Below the pieces are notes generated by a model, which was not told the DNA's origin, did no database searches, and saw nothing but the letters and a program-made list of their open reading frames with translations. A DNA stretch of 63,477 nucleotides, filler included, from Octopus bimaculoides (taxonomy: Eukaryota): NCBI RefSeq assembly GCF_001194135.2. It is 5 parts of 5 records of this genome, joined end to end, with 100 filler letters (N's around TTAATTAATTAA, not from the genome) between each part and the next. Parts side by side here need not be neighbours in the genome. Positions count along the whole stretch, not along the records: positions 43,375 to 54,786 come from NC_069007.1; positions 54,887 to 63,477 come from NC_068986.1; 3 more parts are not named here. The stretch is one strand, 5' to 3'. This document shows, in pieces, positions 48,673-61,690 of the stretch (positions within the stretch are counted from its first letter, which is position 1; every line of letters begins with the position of its first letter). The translations under genes were made by a program, and so were the position numbers.

Positions 48673-49100
48673 ATGTATACCCATGTATACACACACTCAC
48701 ACGCACACATATATATATATATATACATACACACACATATGCTCTCTCACACACACATACTGTCACTCACTAAAATCTATTTATCACTGTAAAAATTTGA
48801 AGCCATATTTATTCACAATCTTTAAAGGATCGGGGCCTGAAATTTCTAAAGGCTTTTTGGAGATTATATGCATGTCATCAAAAACTACCCAGTTATGCAT
48901 AGTTTAGCAACAAATGCATGTGTATATGTGTCTCTTTGTGACATATATACATAGCCTTACAATTGTGAGATGAAAACTCTAACCATTAAGACATATACCT
49001 CCATATCTTTAGTTCAAATTTATAGAAAGCAAAAGATGAAGGCAGGTGAGAGAACAACAAGCTGGTGTATTAGTTTGACACTCAGGAAGACGGGAAAAGT

Positions 49101-49136
49101 CTTTGACATTTCGAGCCTGTGCTCTTCAACAGAAAG
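49101..49136 (-). ncRNA. Decayed Penelope-type minimal hammerhead ribozyme motif
   Basis: Minus strand: cttt-CTG(T)TGA-a-gagc-acag-gctc-GAAA-t-GTC-aaag; stems I and II pair; two deviations from consensus. Confidence 0.55.
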
Positions 49137-49299
49137 AGATGAAAGGAAAAATACGCTAATATCAAACAGTTAGAATGAGGGATCAACTCTGCCTCGGTGA
49201 ATAAGTGTTCTTTCATTGTAGGTTGACAAGGCTACCATGGGATTCGCCTTTGGTATTCGAGTACTATTTTTTCCTACTTTGTTTTGCATTTATGTGCTT

Positions 49300-49337
<38 letters not shown>

Positions 49338-49340
<3 letters not shown>

Positions 49341-49748
49341 CTCTTTACTCTTTTACTTGTTTCAGTCATTTGACTGTGGCCATGCTGGAGCACTGCCTTT
49401 AGTCGAGCAAATCGACCCCAGGATTTATTCTTTGTAAGCTTAGTACTTATTCTATCAGTTTCTTTTGCCAAACCGCTAAGTTACAAGGATGAAACACACC
49501 AGCATCGGTTGTCAAGCAATGTTGGGGGGACAAACACAGACACAGAAACACTCATACACACACATATATATATATACATATATACGACGGGCTTCTTTCA
49601 GTTTCCGTGTACCAAATCCACTCACAAGACTTTGGTCGACCCGAGGCTATAGTAGAAGACACTTGCCCAAGATGTCACGCAGTGGGACTGAACCCGGAAC
49701 CATGTGGCTGGTAGGCAAGCTACTTACCACACAGCCACTCCTACGCCT
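49338..49748 (-). mobile_element. SINE type A, full length
   Basis: Complete consensus motifs. Confidence 0.92.
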
Positions 49749-49762
49749 ATATATATAAAGAC

Positions 49763-49794
<32 letters not shown>

Positions 49795-49943
49795 ACAAAT
49801 ATAAGTATAATGTAAACCTTTGCACACACACATGCACTTCCACATGCAAACTCCATATCCTCCCTTCAGACCCTTTTAGGGGGTGCAAACAAAAAACCTT
49901 GTTAGTTTCAGTTAAAACTGATCAATATTACCTAAAAACTTAC

Positions 49944-50097
49944 CTTAGAAATATTCTCGAAGTTGCAGACAACTTCATATCATTATGGTACCAGCTGACT
50001 ACTGGAATTGGATGTCCTTCCACTCTACACACAAGTTTCATAGACATTTTCTGGATAACATTTTGGCTTGATGGTGCTTCAAGTATTTGTGGTGGAC
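49944..50097 (-). CDS. Internal exon of an immunoglobulin-superfamily (I-set) protein
   Basis: tttaatttcag acceptor, AG|GTAAGT donor, phase 1-2; PPQILEAPSSQNVIQKMSMKLVCRVEGHPIPVVSWYHNDMKLSATSRIFL contains the I-set pattern PP.I..P..L.C.V.G.P.P.V.W. Confidence 0.82.
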
Positions 50098-50435
50098 CTG
50101 AAATTAAATGCAATCAAATACATAAAGCATTGCAGTCCATTGATTTCCTTAATGAGAGATTCATTAGTGCTGTCAATAAATCACAAACATATATAACTTT
50201 GTCATCAAACCTTTGAACACTATCGAAATTAATTATTTTCTAATAGTCCAAATCGATCAATACTCACAGATGTCTACATTTTAGATAGATTGAGAACACT
50301 GAAAATAACATGGAACTATAAATCTAGTTTCATATATTTCTTTTCAGAACTCTAATGATTAATTCTTTATCGCCAAAACTTTGAACATTAGTAAAACTAA
50401 TTAGTTTCTTTTCATATTGGTAAATGCTACAGTGG

Positions 50436-50630
50436 TGTGCTGGGCAGAATTGTTAGCATGCCAGACAAGATGTTTGGCAGCCTTCCTTCCAGCATTACAT
50501 TCTGAGTTCGAATTCCACCGAAGTCAATTCTGTCTTTCATCATTTTGGTGCTAATGAAATAATTACCAATAAAATACTTGGGTTCATGTAATTTCCTAAC
50601 TCCTTTCACTAAAATTTCAGGGCTTGTGCC
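50436..50630 (+). mobile_element. SINE type C (degenerate)
   Basis: Consensus motifs. Confidence 0.75.
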
Positions 50631-50637
50631 TATCATA

Positions 50638-51250
50638 CAATGGCTCTCAATTGGGGTCTATATGACCCTGAGGGGTCCACATAATATTTTGTTGCTAACA
50701 CATATAAGCAATAAACTGGTTATACTTACACAATGGAACAAAATATTTAATTTTTTTTATACAATTCCTAATATTTTACTCTTTTATTTGTTTCAGACAT
50801 TTGACTGCGGCCATGCTGGAGCACTGCCTTTAGTCGAGCAAATCGACCCCAGGACTTATTCTTTGTAAGCCTAGTACATATTCTATCGGTTCCTTTTGCC
50901 GAACCACTAAATTATGGTGACGTAAACTCACCAGCATCGGTTGTCAAGCGATGGTGGGGGGACAAACACAGACACACACACATATATATACATATATACG
51001 ACAGGCTTCTTTCAGTTTCCGTCTACCAAATCCACTCACAAATAGTAGAAGACACTTGCCCAAGGTGCCATGCAGTAGGACTGAACCCAGAACCATGTGG
51101 TTGGTAAGCAAGCTACTTACCAAACAGCCACTCCTGCGCCTATAAAAATATAATAGGATCTTTTAAACATCAAATGGCAATGGGGGTCCACCTGTGTAAA
51201 AGAGGAACCAAAGAGCTCAATAGAAGGAAAAATGGTTGAGGAATGCAGCG
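50638..51250. mobile_element. hAT/Charlie-like MITE with nested SINE type A (50776-51141, - strand)
   Basis: Left end caatggctctcaa, right end ggttgaggaatgcag, resembling CAGTGGTTCTCAACC TIRs; a second 5' copy starts at 51352 (cagtggctctcaacc). Confidence 0.6.
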
Positions 51251-51670
51251 CCATATGGTAGCTAAGCTTGCTAGATATAGCAGTCAAATCTCCTTCAAAT
51301 CACAACCTACTGTCTCATGTATATATAATCCACTGAGTGAAACCTTTATAACAGTGGCTCTCAACCAGGGTTCATATGACCCTTGGGGATCCACATTAAA
51401 TTTTGTTGCTGAAATTTATGAGCAATAAACTGGTTATACTTCTGCAACACACAAGATATAATGTAATCCTTATTTATTCATATTGTTTTGAATTAATCCC
51501 ACATTATCTTCTAGCTTTCAGATTTTGATGATGTGATTATTTATTTTTAGAATGACATTGCAGGATAGGTGTGAGAGACTGGATCTGGCCAGTTTGAACA
51601 TAAAACAAATAGAATGTTTTAGGTCAGATCTGGTAATTTTAACCCCTTAGCATCCAGATTACTCAAATGT

Positions 51671-51885
51671 GGCACACCGTCAATGCAATGACAAGGGTTC
51701 CAGTTTGATCCAATCAGCAGAACAGCCTGCTCACGAAATTAATATGCATGTGGCTGAGCATTCCACAGACACACGTAGTTCTCAGGGAGATTCAACATGA
51801 CACAGAGTGTGACAAGGCTGGACCTTTGAAATACAGTTACTACTCATTTTTGCCAGCTGAGTGGACCGAAGCAATGTGAAATAAA
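51671..51885 (-). mobile_element. SINE type B' (degenerate)
   Basis: CORE-like ccactcagctggcaaaaatgagtag joined to the type-B 3' module. Confidence 0.72.
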
Positions 51886-51889
51886 TTTG

Positions 51890-52510
51890 TCATTATTAAT
51901 TTGGTGTTTGGAGCATAAATCAGCATCAAATTTTGATGGAAGATTTTAATTCAAATTCCATTAGAACAGAAACATTGCATCACAGAGCCAGGGCTAGTCT
52001 CACGTGCATTGGTATCAAAAGGCTTTATCCTTTTGATACCATATTTCTATTGAAATATATTACTTTTGTTTCTATTAATTTTTAAAATAATGAATTTAGA
52101 GAGAAATATTTTGTCATTCTTCAGCAGGTGTTTTGGAACAAATTAATATGAAATTTTGGTGGAAGGTTTTAACCCTTTTGATACCAACACTACCAAGATC
52201 ATTTGTCATTCTGTAACACACACTTCCTACTTTAAAGGGCCTTAAATTAGAACCTCTCGTCAAAATTTCATGTTAATTTTAGTTCCAACGATGAGCCTAA
52301 TTAAAACAAATTCATTTTATTAAATTCTTCATTTTTTTGAAAATTAATTGAAACATAAGCAAGGCTGTTTATTTCAACAGAAATATAGCAACTAAATGGT
52401 TAAGCCTTTTGCTGCCAATCACCCTTGATTCTGCTCAACCTTGATTCTGTGATATAAACTTCATGTTCTAAAGAAATCAAGATGAAAACTTTCCACCAAA
52501 AGAACCCCCA
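51890..52510. mobile_element. Array of TTAA/CCCTTTTGATACC-terminated MITE units
   Basis: Head-to-head termini ggtatcaaaagg/ccttttgatacc at 52011-52040; TTAA junctions at 52169 and 52400. Confidence 0.6.
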
Positions 52511-53354
52511 AAACTACAGTTATTTTTAATGAAAACTCAAGAAAACTAAGGAGACTCTTTCATCAATTTGCAATACAGCAGGACTGAACTTGGGTCCAAT
52601 TTTGCTTAACTACACAGCCATTCCTGGTTCCCATCTACCACTCTTAGTCTGTAAATCAGTTATAATAACTTAGCAGGTTTTTATCTTTAGACGACTGTTA
52701 TTTTCTTCCAATGAAAACTCGACAGAATAATGTTTCGTAGATAAATTACAAATGGATATTTTGACCGCGTTTGTTTCATCTCAATGTCTCTTTTCATCTG
52801 CTGGCCTCTAATCTTTATGTTTCGAACAATGATTTATGAATACAGAAACTTGAATTTCCTCTTAGGCGAAAATTCCATTGCTGAACTCCATATTTAAACA
52901 CAAAATTTTTGCAAATATGAAATAGTTTAATGCAGTGAAAATTTATTCGAACGAACTGAAGAGAATTAAAAAGAATACCAAAATAATAAAATAGAATATA
53001 AATAATAAAAAAAAAAGTACACTATATACAAAAAAAAAAAAAAATGAGGAAGAACAGGTTGTTTATCAATATTTTTGCAATGTTTATATATCATTCCGAT
53101 AATAGGAAGTGTTCTTTATAAATGTCACTGTAGTAAGAAATATGTACCTGCTAGATAAACCAAAATCCAATGATGGAAATATAGAATACAGAGAGGAATA
53201 ATAATTCTGCTTTAATGTAGTCGTATTCCATTTGTTTATGTGGATGTGTGTATGAAAATATGTATGTATCTCTTTCTCTTTCTATATATATATTTACACA
53301 CACGCACATACACACACACATATATGCTACTCATTCATTTGTTATTTGTATGTA

Positions 53355-53411
<57 letters not shown>

Positions 53412-53546
53412 TTATATATATGTATATGTATATATANNNNNNNNNNNNNNNNNNNNNNNNNNNNNNNNNNNNNNNNNNNNNNNNNNNNNNNNNNNNNNNN
53501 NNNNNNNNNNNNNNNNNNNNNNNNNNNNNNNNNNNNNNNNNNNNNN

Positions 53547-53609
<63 letters not shown>

Positions 53610-53739
53610 CACATGTGTATGTGTTCATTCATTTGTTATTACTTATATATAATGTATATTGTATTAAACTAATGATATATGATATATTAATATTCTATAA
53701 ATAATATATATGTTGTGTGTGTTCATATCTTTGTTATTG

Positions 53740-53792
<53 letters not shown>

Positions 53793-54273
53793 TGTAATAT
53801 ATTAATATATTATATTAATCTGTTATGAATATTATATATATTATTTTATATGTATGTGTTTATTCATCTGCTCTTTGCACACACACACACACACATTTGA
53901 GAATGTGTGTGTGTATAGATATATTTGTGTATGCGTGTATCTATATATGTATATATATATGTCTCTCTGCACATGCATACAAAAATAAGTAAATTATTAC
54001 GTAGAAATTCCATTTTCTAGGGATTTCTTTTTTCCCAACTAGCATTAGATTTTAATTACTTCTGCTGCTGCAGTTTTTAGTGGTGGTGGTCGGGAATGGC
54101 AAGAAGTAACTGAAACAACCAACCATTTTAAACAAATTGCATTCCTTTCCTATTATTTAGTTTTTCAATATTTTCTGCTTTATAATGCATTTTCTCGGGA
54201 ATTTCTTGTTAAAGGATTATTCATAACAATAACTTCGAGAATGGAAAATCTAAAATGGTTTGCCTTTATCTTC

Positions 54274-54470
54274 TACTAATTTCAGTCATTGGACTGTGGC
54301 CAAACTTGAAGAATTTTAAGCAAACAGATCGAGCTCTTACCTCACCAGTACTTGTTTATCTAGGGTCGAGTACTTTTTCTATCGGTGTCTTTTGCTGAAC
54401 TGATAAGTTACAGGGATGTAAGGAAACCAAGGCTGGTTGTCAAGTGGTGGAGGTTACAAGGTGGCAAGTA
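54274..54470 (-). mobile_element. SINE type A 3' module (degenerate)
   Basis: ttcagtcattggactgtggcc..ctatcggtgtcttttgctgaac. Confidence 0.7.
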
Positions 54471-54589
54471 CAGACAAAGACACAAGCACACGCACACATA
54501 CATGCATGCACACATACACACACACACACACACACACAGATTTGGTTATATAAACAGGAAAACAGATCTCAAAGCATCTTCATCATTGT

Positions 54590-54725
54590 AACCATCATCA
54601 TTTAATGTATGTATTCCATACTGGCACGAAGTAGACAGTTTCACTGGAGTTGGTAAGCAGGGGTGTTATGCCAGGCTCCAGTCTGTTTTGGTTTAGTTTT
54701 AGCTAGATACCTTCCTAACGCCAAC
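54590..54725 (-). mobile_element. Retroposon type D (degenerate)
   Basis: catcatcatttaatgt..ccaggctccagtctg..ccttcctaacgccaac. Confidence 0.65.
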
Positions 54726-54729
54726 ATGG

Positions 54730-54786
<57 letters not shown>

Positions 54787-54886
54787 NNNNNNNNNNNNNN
54801 NNNNNNNNNNNNNNNNNNNNNNNNNNNNNNTTAATTAATTAANNNNNNNNNNNNNNNNNNNNNNNNNNNNNNNNNNNNNNNNNNNN
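54787..54886. other. Assembly join with six-frame stop linker
   Basis: 44 N + TTAATTAATTAA + 44 N. Confidence 0.95.
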
Positions 54887-54941
<55 letters not shown>

Positions 54942-56468
54942 ATATTTTGCTTAAGCATAGCGAGACTTATTACCTGGTGTAGAATTTAATATGCGTATGG
55001 TTCAGAGCACAATGTTATGCTAGTATAGAGTTGTAATAGAAACAAAGAAATGACAAAGGAAAACTAAATGTTAAGTAATGAACTCCATCTTACAGCCATT
55101 CTTTCACAGAAGTGCTACCTTATTAAATCCTTTCCTATTCACAGTTTAGTCTATGGATATTCATTTATAGCTTTTCAGACCCAACATAAACACAGCAATG
55201 TCACCTTTCTGAAGTTGCCTACTTAACTGATGGTTACTCCCCAACTTTCTTCCATCAACGAATCCGATAAACATTAATTATGTAAATTAAGTAGTAATGA
55301 CGTTTTGCATAAAAGTAAATAAATGATTTTCATGAGGTTCCGCTTAGCTTCGCGCTCTAACATCGACGATTTCAGCTAATCATTTTTCATCTTCCGAAGA
55401 GTTGAGAATTTAATAGTAAAGACAAAAGCCTCTTTTGTAGATCCTTGTGTGTAGTAAGGCACCATCTACAGAATTCAAAAAGCACTTGTTAAAATGATTC
55501 CATACATATTTCTCAACAGGGAATTTTCTGCAAAACAATGAAGTCCCAGAGAAGTACTACTCTCGTTGTCCGAGAAAGCAGAGAATGCGAATTTTCGATA
55601 TTTAGGCTTTCCTTCGAGATATTAACAAAATAAATAAAGTAAATAGATTCGAACGACGCGTTAATACGAAATTGTTGCTCAGCCTTGAGTTTCGAATTTT
55701 TTCAGCTCTACAGTGCTGTCTGCATGAAGGAAGAATAATACGAAAGACTATACTTGTTGAGTAAGCAGAGGTAAATGTTTGTAAGGAAAAACTATTGTCG
55801 ACAAAATTGACCTCAAGTTATTACTGGTAGTTAGTATTACTGGCGGTTAGTCAGGCAACTGTATATACCTACGCCAATGTATAGTTTATTAGACGTTTGA
55901 CTTTTCGGGTTATGTACATAAAACTTATGAGGTCAAATCTCGCTGAAGTTCACTTAATGTTTCATCCATCATGAAATGTGGAAATGCTAAATAACATTTT
56001 CCTCTCTGTTATGGTATTTGTTTATTACATAGAGACGGTGACACGCTTTCAATTCACAGTTGAAAACAATTACCCTAACGAATCCTGCATATTGCTGTGA
56101 CTGTGTGTCTAATGTTCATTGTGTCGGTAGGTTCTCATCTGAAACGAATCTGGGTTGATTTTTAAAAATCTTACTATTAACCATTGAATCATGTCGTTTT
56201 AGTGGTTAATGCTTTGAACCAAATATTAAAATGTTACATTTATATTTCATATATACGTAACACAATAGTATTCCAATAATTATTTTAGTTTTTGAAGTTC
56301 TTTTAAAATTAAATTATTGATGATATTGATGATGATGATTAGTATCTCTTTTTTCATGATCAGATTGGTCTTTCTGGACATCACAAGGTAGGTCCGTTTA
56401 CTGTTGTGTACCCTCCCTTCTGTTCCATCATTATGATTTATTTTATCACTATTGTTATTACTATTGTC

Positions 56469-56545
<77 letters not shown>

Positions 56546-57969
56546 CATTACTATTATTTATTTTTCGTTACTATACAATGCCGTTGTAATGGGCCATTCG
56601 CTTTCTCTAAATTAAATACAGCACTCTTCACGAACACTAGTCGTAGAAACTTAGAAACACATGAACGGTTAGTGGTGCAACTGTCTATAGATCAGCGAAG
56701 GGTACCAAAATTATCAATTGGATGATTAGTAAACGCTACTAACCTACATCCAGTAACTCACTGCTTTTGAACTCTAAGGATTTCTTGTGGTCTTTGTTTC
56801 TTATACACTATATATATGTTCCACATTTGCATCAGCAGCTTGCAACTGGAACTAATTGGGACTTTTCAGAATGCGCTTATTTTGTGGTGGGAAACTTATT
56901 TTCATCTTGAATATTGTACACATGTAAACCTTTTTATTCCTCTCCTACTCCTTCCTTGTTTTATCCTGAAATGTCACCTTATTAACACACATATACATTT
57001 GCATAAGTCTATAAATATATATGTACAATATATCTATATATATATATATATATCTATATGCATGAAACTTATATGTATATAGTATTTACAATGTCATGTT
57101 TATTACATATATATAATACATAAGAAATCTCAAACATTTGACCACTATAAACAAATGATCTGTCTAGGTCTTCAGCAAGAAATTGCGAAGCACTCACCTG
57201 TCGTCTACGACGGATGAGTTCAATTTTATATAAGGACATACATATATAGGTACATAGAAATTGTAAATTGTATTAATGTAAAAATGTATAATTTGTGTAT
57301 TAATATATATTTATTACTGGTGATAATGTATATATGTGTTTATATGCCATACCTGTCTTCATTTTAAACCAGTGTGTTGTTGTTAATATTGTTATTGTTG
57401 TTACCCCGATTGCAAAGAAAGAAGAGAAAATATCTCAGAAGCAAAAATAAATCAAATCAGCATTGTAAATTAGTGGGAAATATGAAATGTTTTTTAGAAG
57501 TTAATTTTTTGTATAAAACGAATTGGTAAAAACCTCATAAGCAGTTATACATATTCATTGTATGCATGCAATTCTGTAGGAATATCATAAATTATTGCTT
57601 ATACAGGTATATTTCAATAGAGAATAAATAGAAACCAGTCTCGTATATAAATATAATTGTTTGAAAAATTTCGATGGATGAATTATAAACTCAGTGCCCC
57701 GAATAAATTTTAATAGAGAAATAGGGGTAAAAAAAACCTTCTTCCAATTTGGGGAAGAACCTTCTTCCAATTTGCTTTAGGATTACAAATTTCAAGAGGG
57801 ATTGGTTTGTAGATGATTGAATTAGTTCAACAAATTGTCTGAAGACGTAGAAAGAAAATTATTGAAATCCACAGTTGATAATTCTTAGTAGTCACACTCT
57901 CTTGATTCTCATTAAATAAATGGCACATATGTAATTATAATACGCACACTCACATATCTTTATATATAC

Positions 57970-58006
<37 letters not shown>

Positions 58007-60708
58007 AACGTAAATGTATACAAACATATATATATATAAACACACATATATATACATATATACNNNNNNNNNNACAAACATATATATATATAAACACACA
58101 TATATATACATATATACATGCATATATATACACATATATATATATATACATATATGCATATATACATGCATTCATACATTTATATATAAATACATACATA
58201 CACACACATATATGTGTGTGTATGTATGTATGTATTCATTCAGTTACTTAATATAATAGTTCTTACAATATCATAGGATCGGGATATATGTTTTCTATAG
58301 GCTTTCTGATGCTTGGACATTGTGAGACGTCAATAATTTGCTTCGAGACCTTTTCTCTTCCTTCCCTTTATTCATTGTCTTCATCAATGGTCTAGGTGAC
58401 ATTTGCTTCGTACAAACGTACGCAACTTAGCGTTTTCTGTGATGTGTTTATCTCCTGCCGTTTACATGTAAAGAAAGAGTGTCTATTAGAAGCCAGATAA
58501 CTTGTTTCCTCTCTTTGATTTCCATCGATAACGAACATTAATGTACTATTTGGTATGTCCATAACTAAGCAGATACATTTACACAATGAGAAGTGAAAAT
58601 TTGGTAAAAAAAAAGATAAATTTGATATGGAATGTTTTCATCTCAAACGGCCTACATTTGGACAGCTTTTTATATTACTTTTCAGCGCAATCTTTTTGTA
58701 AAATGGCATAGATTGATAATCAAAACATAGCGTTTTCCTATAAATGAGTTATCTTTTTTAAGTATCATCAGTATTGGGTAAAGGCTAATGCTTGTCTATA
58801 CTATAGGATTAATTCATAATCACAAAAGCAACGCCTACTGACACTAAGATTATAGTGTTATTATTATTAGTAGTAGTAGTAGCAGTAGTATTAGTAATAG
58901 TAATAATATAAAGTAGTGATAACTGTAATACATTCATACAAAGAATACCTAAACGGCCGGTTCATTAACTTAAACCACATTGTCGAAAGTATATGTTCAC
59001 AAAAATACATAAATACATAATTGCTACTGCTCTATTGCTTTGAAATGCTATAATCTAACGTTCGCCAACAGATGTTTCCCATATTCAAACAATTTGATTT
59101 CTTGTTTAGCATCCCTATAATATCTCAAATAATTTCTTGGTAATATGGATGCGTTGCATAACCTTAGACTCATAGGAAAATAGAAGCGAGATTATGTAAC
59201 TTTAATATCTTGCGTCTGTACTACAGCTATCTTTTCACTCTTTTATTAAAAAAGTTTTGTCGAAATATTTGATCCTTGCAAATAATTGTTATATTCAGCT
59301 ATCCTCATAAAAAGTCTGTTTATTTCTTGTAATATTATATTTCTTTCACAAATTAAGAAGATAACTTATTACTAAAATGTATAATAACAGTTACTATGAC
59401 AGCTGCAGCGGTTTCTTATATATATCCTCGAGTCCTATATTATGTCCTTTTTTTTTTTTTTACTCGATCACTCATATATATTACTTTCTGAAGAGTCTCC
59501 TGTCTACATTATTTTCCTGATTGCTGATTGTGTTTCATCATAAATTTAGTTGTATATATTGAGACATAGAGGTTCAATTATAGTTTCTACTGCTTGGAAC
59601 TGTTCTTGATTTTACTGACCAGGCGGGTCCTTCGTTTTCCTCCTCCTCTCACGAAAACACAACGGAATAAGCATATAAGGTATTGCTTTTAAATTACTAT
59701 CAAGAGTAACCGTTCTCTCGCTCCTCTTTAGCTATGCTATTGTTGACAGAATATCTTTTATAACTTTTTACAATATTTTAAGCTATTCTTATTTCTGAAT
59801 CCCTTAGATATTTCCTCAACAGTTATACTGTTTGAATACTTCACTTGACAGCAATGGACATTGTTTCTCTTAGTTTATAAGAAGAATTCAGCAGTCATTC
59901 ATAGCGTCTTAAGAGCTATGTTGAAACATAAAACACTTATTACAAAACATATTTTGTGCAAAAGACAAACAGAAAATCCACTTAGGCAGAAAAGTGATGC
60001 AAGTACAGTAAAATGCATACGACAGGTAATAAACTATAGATTTCGCATGGAATATTGAATGACTTTGAACTATAATTCTAGTGGCTACATAGTTGAACAA
60101 ACAGAAACGTCAATCTCCCAATGATTATTTCTATTAGGTTATCGGTTGTTAATCTGCATTTTCTTTCGGTATACAGTCGATTGATTTATTTCACAAGTCG
60201 ATTGCCATCATATAACGTATATAACATTTTAGCTCATATAACCACACATAATATTTTAGCTCCCATGACGATCAGGATTTTTCATTCAGTTAATATCGTT
60301 GACTATAACTATTTATATTTCAAATAATGACCAAGAAAATAAACTAACAAAATAATGGAGAAAATATTACTTGCTATAAGATCAGATATACAAGATTAGG
60401 TAAATGCAGTTGAGAATTAACGATAATAGTATTAGTTCTCTGAAGTCTAATGAAGTTGTCTAACACTAGGTCATCTTTTATGGATAGTCTTGTTTTCGAA
60501 GACACTCTGAGGACATCTCACCTTTTATTTTCAGATATAGTATATTTCATGCTCTATCCTTTTCTAAGACAACAGAATATAATTTGACAGGCATGTTGGT
60601 ACTATATTTATCAGGCTAAGTAATCACGTTTTTCCGAACGTCCACCTCACTGGTGACTTATGTGAAAATTAAGTAAAAGAGTAAGCAAAAACAAAATATC
60701 TGCTAGCC

Positions 60709-61096
60709 ATGGTACTCCTCGTATTCAACGTCATAATCTTGAATAAGATATATGCAACTATAAGCAAACATATATTTGTAACATTGAGTGCTAGATTAGA
60801 AGAATATTGTAAGGTGAATAATCCGGCTGGCGCCAGAGCTTGTTGTTTTACTTCAGATACATCTACTACTACCATCTTCTAGTTTATATATTAGGCCTTT
60901 TTCTCCATAATAAAATGATCTATTGCGCCTGATTATATTTTTCTAAGTAAATACATGCTAATCAATATAAGCTAACACTTTCTACACAGCTCCCGAGAAA
61001 TACATATCAGTAGTATTTACCATAACCTCAGACAATTCAGTTCAAGTTATGGCTAAAACGTGCAAAGCACTACAAACATCACAGATTATTGCAGCG
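60709..61096 (+). CDS. Candidate 5' exons (60709-60808, 60990-61096) of a secreted or receptor-type protein
   Basis: gccATGG start after an in-frame stop, hydrophobic N-terminus MVLLVFNVIIL, T|GTAAGG donor, gctaac branch point with ttctacacag acceptor, only one open frame, GCG|GTATGT donor. Confidence 0.38.
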
Positions 61097-61568
61097 GTAT
61101 GTTTGTTCAAAAAAGCTTTTTTATAAATATCCCTAAAATATCAGTATAAACAGTTTCAGTGTGCATGGCCGTGCTATATTAATATTTGCGCAAGTATTAA
61201 TGCATGATTCTGTCAATCTGAAGTGTACGTAAACTTCCTCCGCTTGACCTGTAACACTTCCATTGATTTTTTATGTCTCTTTACCAACAATATCATAACA
61301 TATATGTATGAATGTTTTTAAATGAAAATTAGGTGATATATTACTCTGAATTTTCACGGTACATGTTTGAGATAAGCGTAAGTATGCACAAGTGAATTAT
61401 TTTTACTTAAACAGATGAACTCAAATGAACTTGGTTTTATGTTTGCAAATAAATATATATTTTATTTAACATATTTTGATACATATATTTGCATGTGTAA
61501 ATGCAAATATAAGTATACTTTCATTTTCAGTCTTTCTTCTCTCTCTATCTTTTTCTCGATCTGTACCT

Positions 61569-61569
<1 letters not shown>

Positions 61570-61642
<73 letters not shown>

Positions 61643-61690
61643 ATGTGTGTGTGCATGTGTGTGTGTGTTTGTGTGTGTTTGCGTGTGAGT
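61570..61690. repeat. (TG)n microsatellite
   Basis: Directly visible. Confidence 0.97.

Noticed and set aside
50269-50299. 31-nt minus-strand mini-exon upstream of the Ig exon
   Set aside because: The only open frame ends in phase 2, incompatible with the phase-1 start of the Ig exon.
58300-58590. Minus-strand ORF with faint RT-like wording (LSCVRLYEAN)
   Set aside because: No diagnostic RT motif could be aligned.
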